Of a stretch of DNA of 64,000 nt, positions 24,259 through 33,709 are shown in pieces (position 1 is the first letter of the stretch; each line of letters begins with the position of its first letter). The DNA lies in the NCBI RefSeq assembly GCF_910588175.1, contig NZ_CAJUQQ010000005.1; one strand, given 5' to 3'. Under the pieces are notes generated by a model. That model did no database searches. It was given only the letters and a program-made list of their open reading frames with translations, and was not told where the DNA came from. The position numbers and the translations under genes were made by a program. Origin of the DNA: an uncultured Oscillibacter sp. (GTDB lineage: Bacteria; Bacillota; Clostridia; Oscillospirales; Oscillospiraceae).

Positions 24259-24289
24259 GGGACCCGGAGCGGATATGCTCCGGGTCCCT
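24259..24289. repeat. right copy of the duplicated terminator hairpin (TSD of MITE copy 1)
   Basis: Identical 31-mer to 24064-24094. It is followed by the TTCG that complements the CGAA upstream of the left copy. Confidence 0.9.
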
Positions 24290-24295
24290 TTCGTT

Positions 24296-24317
24296 ATGCT
24301 ATTCCTATGCTATTCCT
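24296..24317. repeat. 11-bp tandem duplication ATGCTATTCCT x2
   Basis: Read directly. It overlaps the stop codon of the small ORF 24310-24435. Confidence 0.9.
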
Positions 24318-24435
24318 TTGCCTTCGGCTTATACTGTTCCTCTCCGCTTTCGACGTACTTGATTAAATTAATAATCTCCTCCGCCGTCCACCCAGCGCTC
24401 TGCAGCGCCTCGATCAATCGAAAATTCTCCTGCAT
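24310..24435 (-). CDS. possible small protein (41 aa) downstream of yaaT
   Basis: MQENFRLIEALQSAGWTAEEIINLIKYVESGEEQYKPKAKE. GAAGGAGG lies 15 nt before the ATG (9 nt before an alternative GTG at 24441). Locally lower GC. No family recognised. Confidence 0.25.
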   Translation of the reverse strand: MQENFRLIEALQSAGWTAEEIINLIKYVESGEEQYKPKAKE

Positions 24436-24513
24436 GTTCACCGTTCAGTACCTCCTTCTTCTCCGTCCACAGCCCTTGTTCCAGCCGCTTGGCAATTCGG
24501 TCCTATCAAGTCC

Positions 24514-25731
24514 TCACTTGGGCGCGTCTCCGCCCTTGCCGCCGCCCCGGCGGCCGCCCCGGTAAGGCGGGCGGCGGCGCTTGTTCTCCCCGGCGGGGCG
24601 GTCCTCCCGCTGGTCCCGCTGGCCCTCCGGGCGGCTTTGCTGTCTGGGGGGACGGGGAGGCGGCCCCCCCTGTTTCTTGGGGGCCTGCTGAACCGGCGGC
24701 CCCTCGGGACGGGGGCCCCTCCGGCTCCGGCCGCCCCGGTGGCGGTGGCGGGGCTTGCCGTCCCCCTCGGTGCCCATCTTCTCCCGGCGGGGGGCCTCCG
24801 CCAGGTGGTCGTCGGTGTAATAGGAGGTGGAGAATACCGGCTGAATCAGCTCCTCCTCCTCCCGCTCCTCCACAAAGCGGGCGGTCCGCTCGGGAATCTC
24901 AATGCCCTCCCGGCTGCCCTTGCCGTTGCGCAGGACCTTGATCTCACAGGCGCGATAGGTTTTCAGGCTCTCCGGCGCGCTGTCCAGGCTGACCTTCACC
25001 CGCTCCCGCAGCAGCTCCACGCCTTTCACGTTGCCCGGCCCGTCGGGGGTCTGGACGAAGGACTCCGGCTTGGGCATCCGCTTGGCGGCGTCCTCATAGG
25101 CGTTCTGCTCGTACTTGAGACAGCACATCAGCCGCCCGCAGGTGCCGGAGATCTTGGTGGGATTCAGGCTCAAGTTCTGGGTCTTGGCCATCTTGATGGA
25201 GACGGGCAGAAAGCCGTCCAGGAATTGGGCGCAGCAGAACGGCCGCCCGCAGATTCCCAGGCCCCCGATCATCTTCGCCTCGTCCCGGACGCCGATCTGC
25301 CGCAGCTCAATCCGCGCCCGGAAGACGGAGGCCAGGTCCCGGACCAGCTCCCGGAAGTCCACCCGCCCGTCGGCGGTGAAGTAGAACACGATCTTGTTGC
25401 TGTCAAAGCCCACGGAGACGCTGACCAGCTTCATCTCCAGCCCGTGGTCCGCGATCTTGCCCTCGCAGATGTCAAAGGCCTCCCGCTCCCGCTTCCGGTT
25501 GTACTCCACCACCCGGAAATCGTTCTCCGTGGCCCGGCGGACAATGGCGCTGAGGGGCTTGACGATCAGCTCGTCCGCCACCTCGTGGTTCCCCTGGGTG
25601 CAGGTGGCAAACTCCAAGCCCTGGGCGGTCTGCACGATGACGTTCTCCCCCATGCGGACCTGGATGCCCCTGGGGTCGAAGAAATAGGTCTTGCTGCCGC
25701 CCCGAAAGCGGACACTGATGACTTCAGTCAA
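24514..25731 (-). CDS. yaaT: PSP1-domain protein YaaT/RicT with an Arg/Gly/Pro-rich C-terminal tail
   Basis: VISVRFRGGSKTYFFDP...GGLGICGRPFCCAQFL...GTCGRLMCCLKYE (PSP1 C-terminal Cys motif). Coupled to holB as in Bacillus. Confidence 0.9.
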   Translation of the reverse strand: MTEVISVRFRGGSKTYFFDPRGIQVRMGENVIVQTAQGLEFATCTQGNHEVADELIVKPLSAIVRRATENDFRVVEYNRKREREAFDICEGKIADHGLEMKLVSVSVGFDSNKIVFYFTADGRVDFRELVRDLASVFRARIELRQIGVRDEAKMIGGLGICGRPFCCAQFLDGFLPVSIKMAKTQNLSLNPTKISGTCGRLMCCLKYEQNAYEDAAKRMPKPESFVQTPDGPGNVKGVELLRERVKVSLDSAPESLKTYRACEIKVLRNGKGSREGIEIPERTARFVEEREEEELIQPVFSTSYYTDDHLAEAPRREKMGTEGDGKPRHRHRGGRSRRGPRPEGPPVQQAPKKQGGPPPRPPRQQSRPEGQRDQREDRPAGENKRRRPPYRGGRRGGGKGGDAPK

Positions 25732-26576
25732 AATAACTCCTCCAATTCAGCGGCCAGGGCCCCCAGCACATGGCCGGGGCCCACGTTATAGCCGCACTCC
25801 TGCCGGTAGATTTTCATGAGTTCGATTGCGCGGACAATCCGCGTTTTGCCCAGGCGCTTCCCCAGCTCCTCCGCCAGGGCCCGGTCCTCCGCCTCCCCGC
25901 CGTAGAGAACAACCAGCGCTTGGGAAAGCAGCGCCTCGCTCCGCGCCAGAAGGGCGCTCAGGTCCTCCCGGCTGAGCTTTTTCTTCTCCAGCCGCACCGC
26001 CAGCTCCGCCGCGCTTCCCCGCCGGCCCTTCAAAAGGCAGCGGCAGAGGGCCTCTCCGTCCCCCTCCGCCTCCCGGGGGGGCGGCCCGGCGGGATGGAGC
26101 TTCAGCTCCACGCAGCGGGACCGCAGGGTCCGGAGCACCGCCGCCGGGTTTTCCGCGCAGAAGAGGAAGGCGGCATAGGGCGGCCCCTCCTCCACCAGCT
26201 TCAGCAGGACGTTCTGGTCCTGCTCCGTCAGCAGGGCGCAGTCCGGAAAGAGATAGACCTTCCGGGCCCCCTCGTTGGGGCGGATGTAGGCGTCCCGCCG
26301 GACCTCCCGTATGGTTTCCACGGAGAGGAGCTTCCGCCCCTCGTCCCGAACGGTCAGCACGTCGGGGTGGATGTCCTCCCGGACCTTCCGGCAGGCGGGG
26401 CAGACGCCGCAGGGCCGGTCCTCCCCGGCGCACTGAAAGGCGGCGGCGGCGAAGCGGGCGGCCTCCAGCCGGTCCCCGGGGCCGGTGAAAAGCAGCGCGT
26501 GGGACAGCGCCCCCCGGGCCGCGGCGGCGCGGAGGCGGGAGAGGACGGGGTCCTCTCCTGGGCGGACTGGGGCCAT
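25728..26576 (-). CDS. holB: DNA polymerase III subunit delta'
   Basis: SHALLFTGPGD...CGVCPACRKVREDIHPDV (zinc module) and the synteny holB-yaaT. Confidence 0.85.
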   Translation of the reverse strand: MAPVRPGEDPVLSRLRAAAARGALSHALLFTGPGDRLEAARFAAAAFQCAGEDRPCGVCPACRKVREDIHPDVLTVRDEGRKLLSVETIREVRRDAYIRPNEGARKVYLFPDCALLTEQDQNVLLKLVEEGPPYAAFLFCAENPAAVLRTLRSRCVELKLHPAGPPPREAEGDGEALCRCLLKGRRGSAAELAVRLEKKKLSREDLSALLARSEALLSQALVVLYGGEAEDRALAEELGKRLGKTRIVRAIELMKIYRQECGYNVGPGHVLGALAAELEELF

Positions 26577-26686
26577 GGCGGGACTCCTTTCTCCCCGGCG
26601 GAGCCGGTATGATACCTTATGGAACCGATTGTATCACAAGACGTGAAAAAAAGAAAGCGGGGATTTTTGCGATTCCTGGAAGCCCC

Positions 26687-27697
26687 TCACTCCGCCGGCC
26701 AGAGGATGTCCCGGGCCACTGGCGTGTAGAAGAGGCGCTCCACCTCTCTCCGCTCCCGGGTCTGGCCCAGAATCCACATCAGCTTCGCCGCCACGGCCTC
26801 CGTGGTCATGTCATAGGCCTCCAGAACCCCCAGCTTGTTTTTCAGGTCGTGGCCCACGTGGTAGACCCCCACGTCGCTGCCCTCGTTTTCCACCTGGGTG
26901 GTGATCACCACGGTTTTCCCCGCCGCCAGGGCCTCGTCCACGCAGTGGTAGAAGCCTCCGGATTCCGGCAGGCCCCCCACGCCGAAGCTCTCGATAATCA
27001 GCCCGTCGTTCCGCTCCAGCAGATAGTCCGCCGCCCCCCGGTCCATGCCGGGCAGAAGCTTCAAAAGGGCCACCCGGGTGTTCAGCGCGTCGTAAAACAG
27101 CGGGTAGGCCCCGCAGTCCGGGCGGATATACCGGAGGAGCACACCGTCCCGGAGGATGCCGAGATAGGGATAGTTGATACTGGAGAAGGCCTGGAAGCTC
27201 TTGGACCGGGTCTTCTTGGCCCGGGTGCCGGGGATGACCTTGCTGTCGAAGACGATGGAAACCCCCGGCAGGTCCTCCGCCGCGCAGCGGAAGGCGTCGG
27301 ACAAATTCGTCTTGGAGTCCGTGGAGTCAAAGCCAATGGGCCTTTGGGCCCCGGTCAAAACGATGGGCTTGGGACTCCCCTGAATGAGGTAGCTCAGCGC
27401 CGCCGCCGTGTAGGCCATGGTGTCCGTGCCGTGGGTGAGGACGAAGCCGTCGTAGCGGCCGTAGTTCTCCCGGAGGCACCGGGTCATTTGCAGCCAGTGG
27501 CCGGGGCCGATGTTGGTGCTGTCCAGGTTCAAAAGCTGAAGGCAGTCCACGGCGCAGATATCCGAAATGCCGGGGACGTGGCGCAAAAGCTGCTCCGTGG
27601 TCAGCTCCGGGGCCAGGCCTCCCTCCGTCACCTCCGAGGCGATGGTGCCGCCGGTGCCGATGAGGAGGACGCGCTTTTTGTCTTTTGTGTGTGGCAT
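26687..27697 (-). CDS. ansA: L-asparaginase, type I
   Basis: VLLIGTGGTIAS (catalytic Thr motif), VLTHGTDTMAYTAAALS, IVLTGAQRP. Confidence 0.9.
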   Translation of the reverse strand: MPHTKDKKRVLLIGTGGTIASEVTEGGLAPELTTEQLLRHVPGISDICAVDCLQLLNLDSTNIGPGHWLQMTRCLRENYGRYDGFVLTHGTDTMAYTAAALSYLIQGSPKPIVLTGAQRPIGFDSTDSKTNLSDAFRCAAEDLPGVSIVFDSKVIPGTRAKKTRSKSFQAFSSINYPYLGILRDGVLLRYIRPDCGAYPLFYDALNTRVALLKLLPGMDRGAADYLLERNDGLIIESFGVGGLPESGGFYHCVDEALAAGKTVVITTQVENEGSDVGVYHVGHDLKNKLGVLEAYDMTTEAVAAKLMWILGQTRERREVERLFYTPVARDILWPAE

Positions 27698-27926
27698 GGA
27701 GAACCTCCTTGAAGCGGGGGATATAGCGGTTTTATTATAGGTGTTCCGAGACGGGCTGTCAACCGGCGGAAAACCGCCGGAGGGCCTCTCCGCCGCATAA
27801 TTCCCCGCTCCTTTGGGAATCCTTTTCCAGGGGGGCGGAACCGGCCGGTCCGCGGAATGGGGAAAGGCGATGCTTTATTATCAAAAATTCACAACGGCCC
27901 TTACAAATTGTTGTTTGAAATGATGA

Positions 27927-29065
<1,139 letters not shown>

Positions 29066-29089
29066 GCTTCGTCTTCCGACCGTCTTTCA

Positions 29090-29123
29090 GGCCCCGCCGC
29101 TTTCAAAGCGGCGGGGCCTTTTT
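29090..29123 (+). terminator. rho-independent terminator of gap
   Basis: GGCCCCGCCGC-TTTCAAA-GCGGCGGGGCC followed by TTTTT. Confidence 0.9.
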
Positions 29124-29132
29124 CGCCTTTTC

Positions 29133-29161
29133 TTGCGGAGCGTGCCGGGATCTGGTATAAT
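29133..29161 (+). promoter_or_regulatory. sigma-A promoter of the type I toxin mRNA
   Basis: TTGCGG-N17-TATAAT with an extended -10 TGG. Confidence 0.7.
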
Positions 29162-29206
29162 GGCTCTGCCGTCCTTTCTCCGTCCCGTAAGTGGGAAGGA
29201 GGTGAA

Positions 29207-29223
29207 TTCCATGGACGAAGTGA
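29207..29223. repeat. direct repeat DRa (TTCCATGGACGAAGTGA) covering the toxin start codon; second copy at 29350-29366
   Basis: 17/17 identity read directly. A second shared block, TTCTTGTC, is at 29232-29239 and 29371-29378. Confidence 0.95.
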
Positions 29224-29306
29224 GGAACTTCTTCTTGTCCGTCGGCGCGGGCGTGATCTCGTATTACGTCTGCCAATGGCTCGACAAGCAGCGCAAAGGA
29301 CGGTAA
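29211..29306 (+). CDS. 31-aa hydrophobic peptide, Fst/PepA1-like type I toxin
   Basis: MDEVRNFFLSVGAGVISYYVCQWLDKQRKGR has one TM-like segment and a basic tail. QWLDKQRK resembles YWLSRRNTK of PepA1 and the WL..K/R ends of Fst homologues. GGAAGGAGG RBS 7 nt upstream. It is below the ORF-track length cut-off. Confidence 0.7.
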   Translation: MDEVRNFFLSVGAGVISYYVCQWLDKQRKGR

Positions 29307-29379
29307 ACATGGGAAACCCCGGGGAGCTGGCACTCCCCGGGGTTTCATTTTCCATGGACGAAGTGAAATTTTCTTGTCT
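29306..29379 (-). ncRNA. predicted antitoxin sRNA (RNA II-like), convergent to the toxin gene
   Basis: It would start about 7 nt after the minus-strand TATAAT. Its 5' end, AGACAAGAAAAUUUCACUUCGUCCAUGGAA, is complementary to the toxin start-codon region through DRa/DRb. It ends at the shared terminator. The ends are approximate. Confidence 0.6.
29314..29345. terminator. bidirectional rho-independent terminator shared by the toxin mRNA and the antisense RNA
   Basis: AAACCCCGGGGA-GCTGGCAC-TCCCCGGGGTTT, a 12-bp stem with A/T runs on both sides. Confidence 0.85.
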
Positions 29380-29385
29380 GCTATG

Positions 29386-29415
29386 ATTATACCATAGCCC
29401 TTTCATGTTATGCAA
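29386..29415 (-). promoter_or_regulatory. sigma-A promoter of the antitoxin sRNA
   Basis: The minus strand reads TTGCAT-N18-TATAAT with an extended -10 TGG. Confidence 0.7.
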
Positions 29416-29449
29416 GCCGTAATTTTTTTATGCCGGCCGAAATTTTCTG

Positions 29450-29478
29450 TTGCCATTTGGGAAAGAATATAGTAGAAT
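29450..29478 (+). promoter_or_regulatory. sigma-A promoter of the SRP RNA
   Basis: TTGCCA-N17-TAGAAT. Confidence 0.65.
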
Positions 29479-29487
29479 AGCAAAAGC

Positions 29488-29626
29488 AGTCCTCCGCAGG
29501 CAGCTGCGGAGCCGGTCTCGCGCAATGAAGCTCTGCGAACCATGTCAGGCGGGGAACCGAGCAGCATTAAGCGGAATGTTTCATGTGCCGCGAGGCAACC
29601 GGCTCCGCAGCTGCGTGGGGAGGACT
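29488..29626 (+). ncRNA. ffs: signal recognition particle RNA (small, 4.5S-like, about 139 nt)
   Basis: Domain IV motif GTCAGGCGGGGAACCGAGCAGC...GTGCCGCGAGG parallels E. coli GUCAGGUCCGGAAGGAAGCAGC...GUGCCGGGAUG. The long terminal helix AGTCCTCCGCAGGCAGCTGCGGAGCCGGT pairs with ACCGGCTCCGCAGCTGCGTGGGGAGGACT. It has the classical position just upstream of dnaX. Confidence 0.85.
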
Positions 29627-29730
29627 TCCATTTCTTTCGGGAGGGAGCGCCCTCCCGCCGCGGGCCTGGGCGGCTTGAAAACAGGCGGACACGCTGAACG
29701 CTCCCAGAGGGAGGAAGGGGGAACCGGCCC

Positions 29731-31455
29731 GTGTATCAGGCGCTCTACCGCAAGTGGCGGCCCAAAACCTTTGCCGATGTCATCGGTCAGGAGCACATCA
29801 CCGAGACCCTCCGCCGCCAGGTGGCCGAGGGCCGGACCTCCCACGCCTACCTCTTCACCGGCACCCGGGGCACCGGAAAGACCACCTGCGCCAAAATCCT
29901 GGCCAAGGCCGTGAACTGCGAGGCCCCCGAGGACGGAGACCCCTGCGGCAAGTGTCCCTCCTGCGTGGGCATCGACAGCGGCGGCTTTCTGGACGTTTTG
30001 GAGCTGGACGCCGCCTCCAACAACGGCGTGGACCAGGTCCGGGCCCTCCGGGACGAAGCGGTCTACTCCCCCGCCAACGTCAAAAAGCGGGTCTACATCG
30101 TGGACGAGGTCCATATGCTCTCCACCGCCGCCTTCAACGCCCTGCTGAAAATTCTGGAGGAGCCGCCGGAGCACCTGATGTTTATTCTGGCCACCACGGA
30201 GCTTCACAAGGTCCCCGCCACCATTCTCTCCCGCTGCCAGCGCTTCTCCTTCCGCCGCATCCGGCCGGAGGACGTGGCCCGGCGGCTCCGCTATGTGGCG
30301 GAGCGGGAGCGCATCGACCTTCGCCCCGACGGGGCGGAGATTCTCAGCCGCCTGGCGGACGGCGCCCTCCGGGACGGGCTGAGTCTTTTGGATCAGTGCG
30401 CCGCCGCCGGAGGGACCATTGACGCCGCCGCGGTGCTGGACGTGCTGGGCCTGGCGGGCAATCTCCAGACGGCCCGGCTGATGGAGCTGATTTTAAACCG
30501 GGACGCCCAGGCCGCCCTGCTTCTGCTGGACGAGCTGTACAAGGGGGGCAAGGACCTGGGCGCGGTGCTGTCGGAGCTCTCCACCCTCACGCGGGACCTG
30601 CTCCTGCAAAAGACCGCCCCCAAGGGCGGCGCGGCCCTGCTCTCCGGCGGCTTTGACGCCGCCGTTCTGGACCGCCTGGGTCAAAACGTGCCCGCCGGGC
30701 GCTTTTTGCACCTGGCTTCCACCCTGCAAAAGGCCTCGGCGGAGCTGTACGCCAGCGTCAACCGCCGCCTGGACACGGAGCTGTGCCTTCTGCGCCTGTG
30801 CGACGAAAGCCTCTCCGGGGACCTGACGGCCCTGGAGGCCCGCGTCCGCCGCCTGGAGGACAGCCAGTCCGCCCGAACCGAGCTGGCCCAGCGGCCCCCG
30901 GCGGCTCCCCCCCCTCCGCCGCGTCCGGCCCCCCCAAGGGAAGCCCCCCAAGACCCGCCCCCCTGGGACGAGTCCCCCCTGCCGGAGGAGCCGCCGGAGG
31001 AGCCGGGACAGCGGGTCTACGACATTCCGGAGGAGACGCCGACGGAAGCCGCGCAAACGCCGCCCCCCGTCTCCAGAACCGGCTCCGCCGCTTCCGCCAA
31101 GCCCCCCAGCGCCGGAGCCGCTCCCGTCAAAGCCCCCAGCGGCGGGTGGTGGCGGACCCTGGCGGAGAACTGTAAGGGCCGCCTGCCCCCCATGTACCGC
31201 CCCTTCCTGGGCATGTGCACCGGCTTTCTGGAGGACGGCCTGCTGACAGTCTGCGCCCCGGACGAGCTGACCCTGGGCCGCCTGGACAACGACCGGGTGC
31301 GGGAGGCCGTCTCTCAGGAGGCGGAAGCCCTTACGGGCGGTCCGGTGCGGCTGACGTTCCGCGCGGGGGAGCCCCCCAAAACCTCTCCGGAGGAAAACCT
31401 GAAAAACCTGGTGGCCTTTGGCCGGCAGTTTGACAACATTGAAATCAAAGAATAA
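29731..31455 (+). CDS. dnaX: DNA polymerase III subunits gamma/tau
   Basis: YRKWRPKTFADVIGQEH...YLFTGTRGTGKTTCAKILAKAVNCE...CGKCPSC. GTG start. Pro-rich linker. Confidence 0.95.
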   Translation: MYQALYRKWRPKTFADVIGQEHITETLRRQVAEGRTSHAYLFTGTRGTGKTTCAKILAKAVNCEAPEDGDPCGKCPSCVGIDSGGFLDVLELDAASNNGVDQVRALRDEAVYSPANVKKRVYIVDEVHMLSTAAFNALLKILEEPPEHLMFILATTELHKVPATILSRCQRFSFRRIRPEDVARRLRYVAERERIDLRPDGAEILSRLADGALRDGLSLLDQCAAAGGTIDAAAVLDVLGLAGNLQTARLMELILNRDAQAALLLLDELYKGGKDLGAVLSELSTLTRDLLLQKTAPKGGAALLSGGFDAAVLDRLGQNVPAGRFLHLASTLQKASAELYASVNRRLDTELCLLRLCDESLSGDLTALEARVRRLEDSQSARTELAQRPPAAPPPPPRPAPPREAPQDPPPWDESPLPEEPPEEPGQRVYDIPEETPTEAAQTPPPVSRTGSAASAKPPSAGAAPVKAPSGGWWRTLAENCKGRLPPMYRPFLGMCTGFLEDGLLTVCAPDELTLGRLDNDRVREAVSQEAEALTGGPVRLTFRAGEPPKTSPEENLKNLVAFGRQFDNIEIKE

Positions 31456-31469
31456 AGGAGAACGACACC

Positions 31470-31838
31470 ATGGGTTACAGTGCCCGCCGCGGATTCACCA
31501 GCGGCAATATGAAGGCCACCGGCGCGCAGCGTCAGGCCGCCGTTCAGCAGCAGATCGCCCAAATGCAGGAGGCCATGAACGCCGCCCAGACGGAGGTGGA
31601 AAACCGCACCTTCACCGCCAGCGTAGGCGGCGGGGCCGTGGAGGCCGTGGCCAGCGGCAAGAAAGAGCTGACGGCCCTCACCATCAAGCCGGAGGCCGTG
31701 GACCCGGAGGACGTGGAGATGCTCCAAGACCTGGTGGTCTCCGCCGTCAACGAGGCCCTGCGCCAGGCCGGGGACGCCATGGACAAGGCCATGGACAACA
31801 TCACCGGCGGGCTGAACCTGGGGAACCTGGGGATTTGA
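31470..31838 (+). CDS. ybaB: YbaB/EbfC family nucleoid-associated protein
   Basis: Position directly after dnaX, size 122 aa, and motif FTASVGGGAVEAVASGKKELTALTIKPEAVDPEDVEMLQDLVVSAVNEA. Confidence 0.9.
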   Translation: MGYSARRGFTSGNMKATGAQRQAAVQQQIAQMQEAMNAAQTEVENRTFTASVGGGAVEAVASGKKELTALTIKPEAVDPEDVEMLQDLVVSAVNEALRQAGDAMDKAMDNITGGLNLGNLGI

Positions 31839-31843
31839 TCGAA

Positions 31844-31873
31844 GGGCGGGGCCGGGACGGTCCCGCCCTTTTT
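31844..31873 (+). terminator. rho-independent terminator
   Basis: GGGCGGG...CCCGCCC hairpin followed by TTTTT. Confidence 0.7.
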
Positions 31874-31884
31874 CAGGAGGTTTT

Positions 31885-33663
31885 ATGAAACGAATAAAAC
31901 GCCTTTGGGCGGCGGTCCTGGCCCTGGTTCTGCTGGCGGGCTGCGGACGGACGGAGCCCCTGCCCTACCCGGAGCCCGCCGCCTCGGAGCCGGGAAAGAC
32001 GGTTGCCTACGTCCCCCTGGACGACCGGCCGGACAACGTGGAGCGGGTGGTGTATCTGGCGGAATCCCTGGGCTATGCCCTGGCCATGCCGGAGAAGGTC
32101 CTGTACCGCACGGCCCTGGACGGCCAGCCGAAAAACTTTGACAGCCTCCAGCGGGGGGAGCCCTGGTCCCTGTTCACCTGGGTGCTGGAGCAGGAGGCGG
32201 CGGGGTGCGACCGCTACATCCTCTCCCTGGACCAGCTCCACTCCGGGGGGCTGGTGGCCTCCCGGTCTATGACCGGGTACGACATCGAGCTTCCCGGCGG
32301 CGGAACCGTCCAGATACACTCCATGCTGGAGCAGCTTTTGACGGCCCTCTCCGCCGATGAAAACAATGTGGTCTGGCTTTTGGACTCCGTCATGCGGCTG
32401 GCCCCCACCGTGGGCTACGAGGGGGGGACGCTGGAGGAATACAACGCCATCCGGGCCTTCGGGGCCCTGCCCCGGCGGACGCTGGAGGGAGACACGCTGC
32501 ATCTGGAGGCCATTGCCGAGAGTTACTGGTGGGGTCCTAATGGGGAAAACCTCCGTTCCCAGACCAGGGCGGAGGGCACCTATGAGGCCGCCCTCCGGCA
32601 CGTGCGTTCCCGGGACCGGAAAATGGTACTCTCTTATGTGGTGCAGGATACGCTGCGCAAACCCGGCTATGAGAACTTTCGCCTTTTAATCGGCATCGAC
32701 GACTCCTCCCTGGAGGACTGCATCCAGAAAAATGAGATCGCCTTCCTCCGCCGGGGCCTCCGGGCCGGGGAGGGGGAGGACGGGAGGCAGCTGGACTGGC
32801 TCCTCTCCGGGGTAGACGATCTGGCCTTCAAGGCCGTGGCCCGGATGTACCTGGACGAGACGGGCTGGCAGGGGACCAGCGTCATCGTCGATTACTTTGG
32901 CGATACCTACGACCAGCCCGCCTGTGAATACGACTTCCAGCCCCTATGGAAGATCGTGGAGGAACACAACCGGTTCTTCGATCTGCTCCCGTGCAACCAA
33001 GCCGCCGGAATGTATATTTTCATCCTGACCCAGCCCAAGGACGAAACGCAGAAGAGCGCATATATTGACCAGCTCCTCCGGGCGCTGGAGGGCAACCGGA
33101 AACAGCAGAGACCCACCATTTTGATCGACGCCAGCAACGGGACCTACGGCACGGCGGTCTACGACGCTCTGACCAAAAAGGCGGAGCTGGGCTGTCTCCT
33201 GGCCTACTCCGGCATGCTGGACATGGCCATCGTCACCGGCACGGCATTGAGCCACGGGGCCGCCCGGTACGCCGTCTTGAAAAACGGTGAGAACACCGAC
33301 GCTTGCGACCGGGCCTGGGCCCGGACCCTGGCGGACAGCGTCCTCAAGGACTTCTGCTACAAGGGCGTGGTGCGGAACGACCTGCTGACTTATATCCGAA
33401 ACGACCTGGGCGGGGACCCCAACAACTTCTGGTCCCCGGAGCTGGACCGGGAGGACCTGCTCCGCCGCCTGGAGGAAGGCATGGAGAAGGAGACCGCCCC
33501 CGTCATCCGCAATCTGGAACGGAGCTCTTTTCTCTCCTCCATCTCCCCTGACGGGGAAATTGATGAGCGGCATTGGGGCGGCATCGCCCTGGAGAACTAC
33601 CGCTTCCCCTGGGACCGGGCCTTTGAGATCGGCATGGACATCCGGCTGGGGGAGTTCCGGTGA
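31885..33663 (+). CDS. lipoprotein, DUF4127-like
   Basis: Signal peptide with lipobox LLAGC. The YVPLDDRPDN motif resembles the PLDERP signature I associate with DUF4127. The family call is tentative. Confidence 0.55.
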   Translation: MKRIKRLWAAVLALVLLAGCGRTEPLPYPEPAASEPGKTVAYVPLDDRPDNVERVVYLAESLGYALAMPEKVLYRTALDGQPKNFDSLQRGEPWSLFTWVLEQEAAGCDRYILSLDQLHSGGLVASRSMTGYDIELPGGGTVQIHSMLEQLLTALSADENNVVWLLDSVMRLAPTVGYEGGTLEEYNAIRAFGALPRRTLEGDTLHLEAIAESYWWGPNGENLRSQTRAEGTYEAALRHVRSRDRKMVLSYVVQDTLRKPGYENFRLLIGIDDSSLEDCIQKNEIAFLRRGLRAGEGEDGRQLDWLLSGVDDLAFKAVARMYLDETGWQGTSVIVDYFGDTYDQPACEYDFQPLWKIVEEHNRFFDLLPCNQAAGMYIFILTQPKDETQKSAYIDQLLRALEGNRKQQRPTILIDASNGTYGTAVYDALTKKAELGCLLAYSGMLDMAIVTGTALSHGAARYAVLKNGENTDACDRAWARTLADSVLKDFCYKGVVRNDLLTYIRNDLGGDPNNFWSPELDREDLLRRLEEGMEKETAPVIRNLERSSFLSSISPDGEIDERHWGGIALENYRFPWDRAFEIGMDIRLGEFR

Positions 33664-33682
33664 GCGGAACCCCAAAGAGAAA

Positions 33683-33709
33683 AGCCCGCCGTCTTTGGAC
33701 GGCGGGCTT
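33683..33709. repeat. left copy of a duplicated terminator hairpin (TSD of MITE copy 2)
   Basis: AGCCCGCCGTCTTTGGACGGCGGGCTT. The partner at 33872-33899 differs only in the loop (TTTGG versus TTTTAG). Confidence 0.85.

Noticed and set aside
27884-27900. A TTCACAA half-site upstream of gap as a Rex box.
   Set aside because: Only one half of the TTGTGAA-N4-TTCACAA palindrome is present.
29731-31455. A programmed -1 frameshift site for a gamma subunit in dnaX.
   Set aside because: I found no A-AAA-AAG-type slippery heptamer with a downstream hairpin in the expected region.
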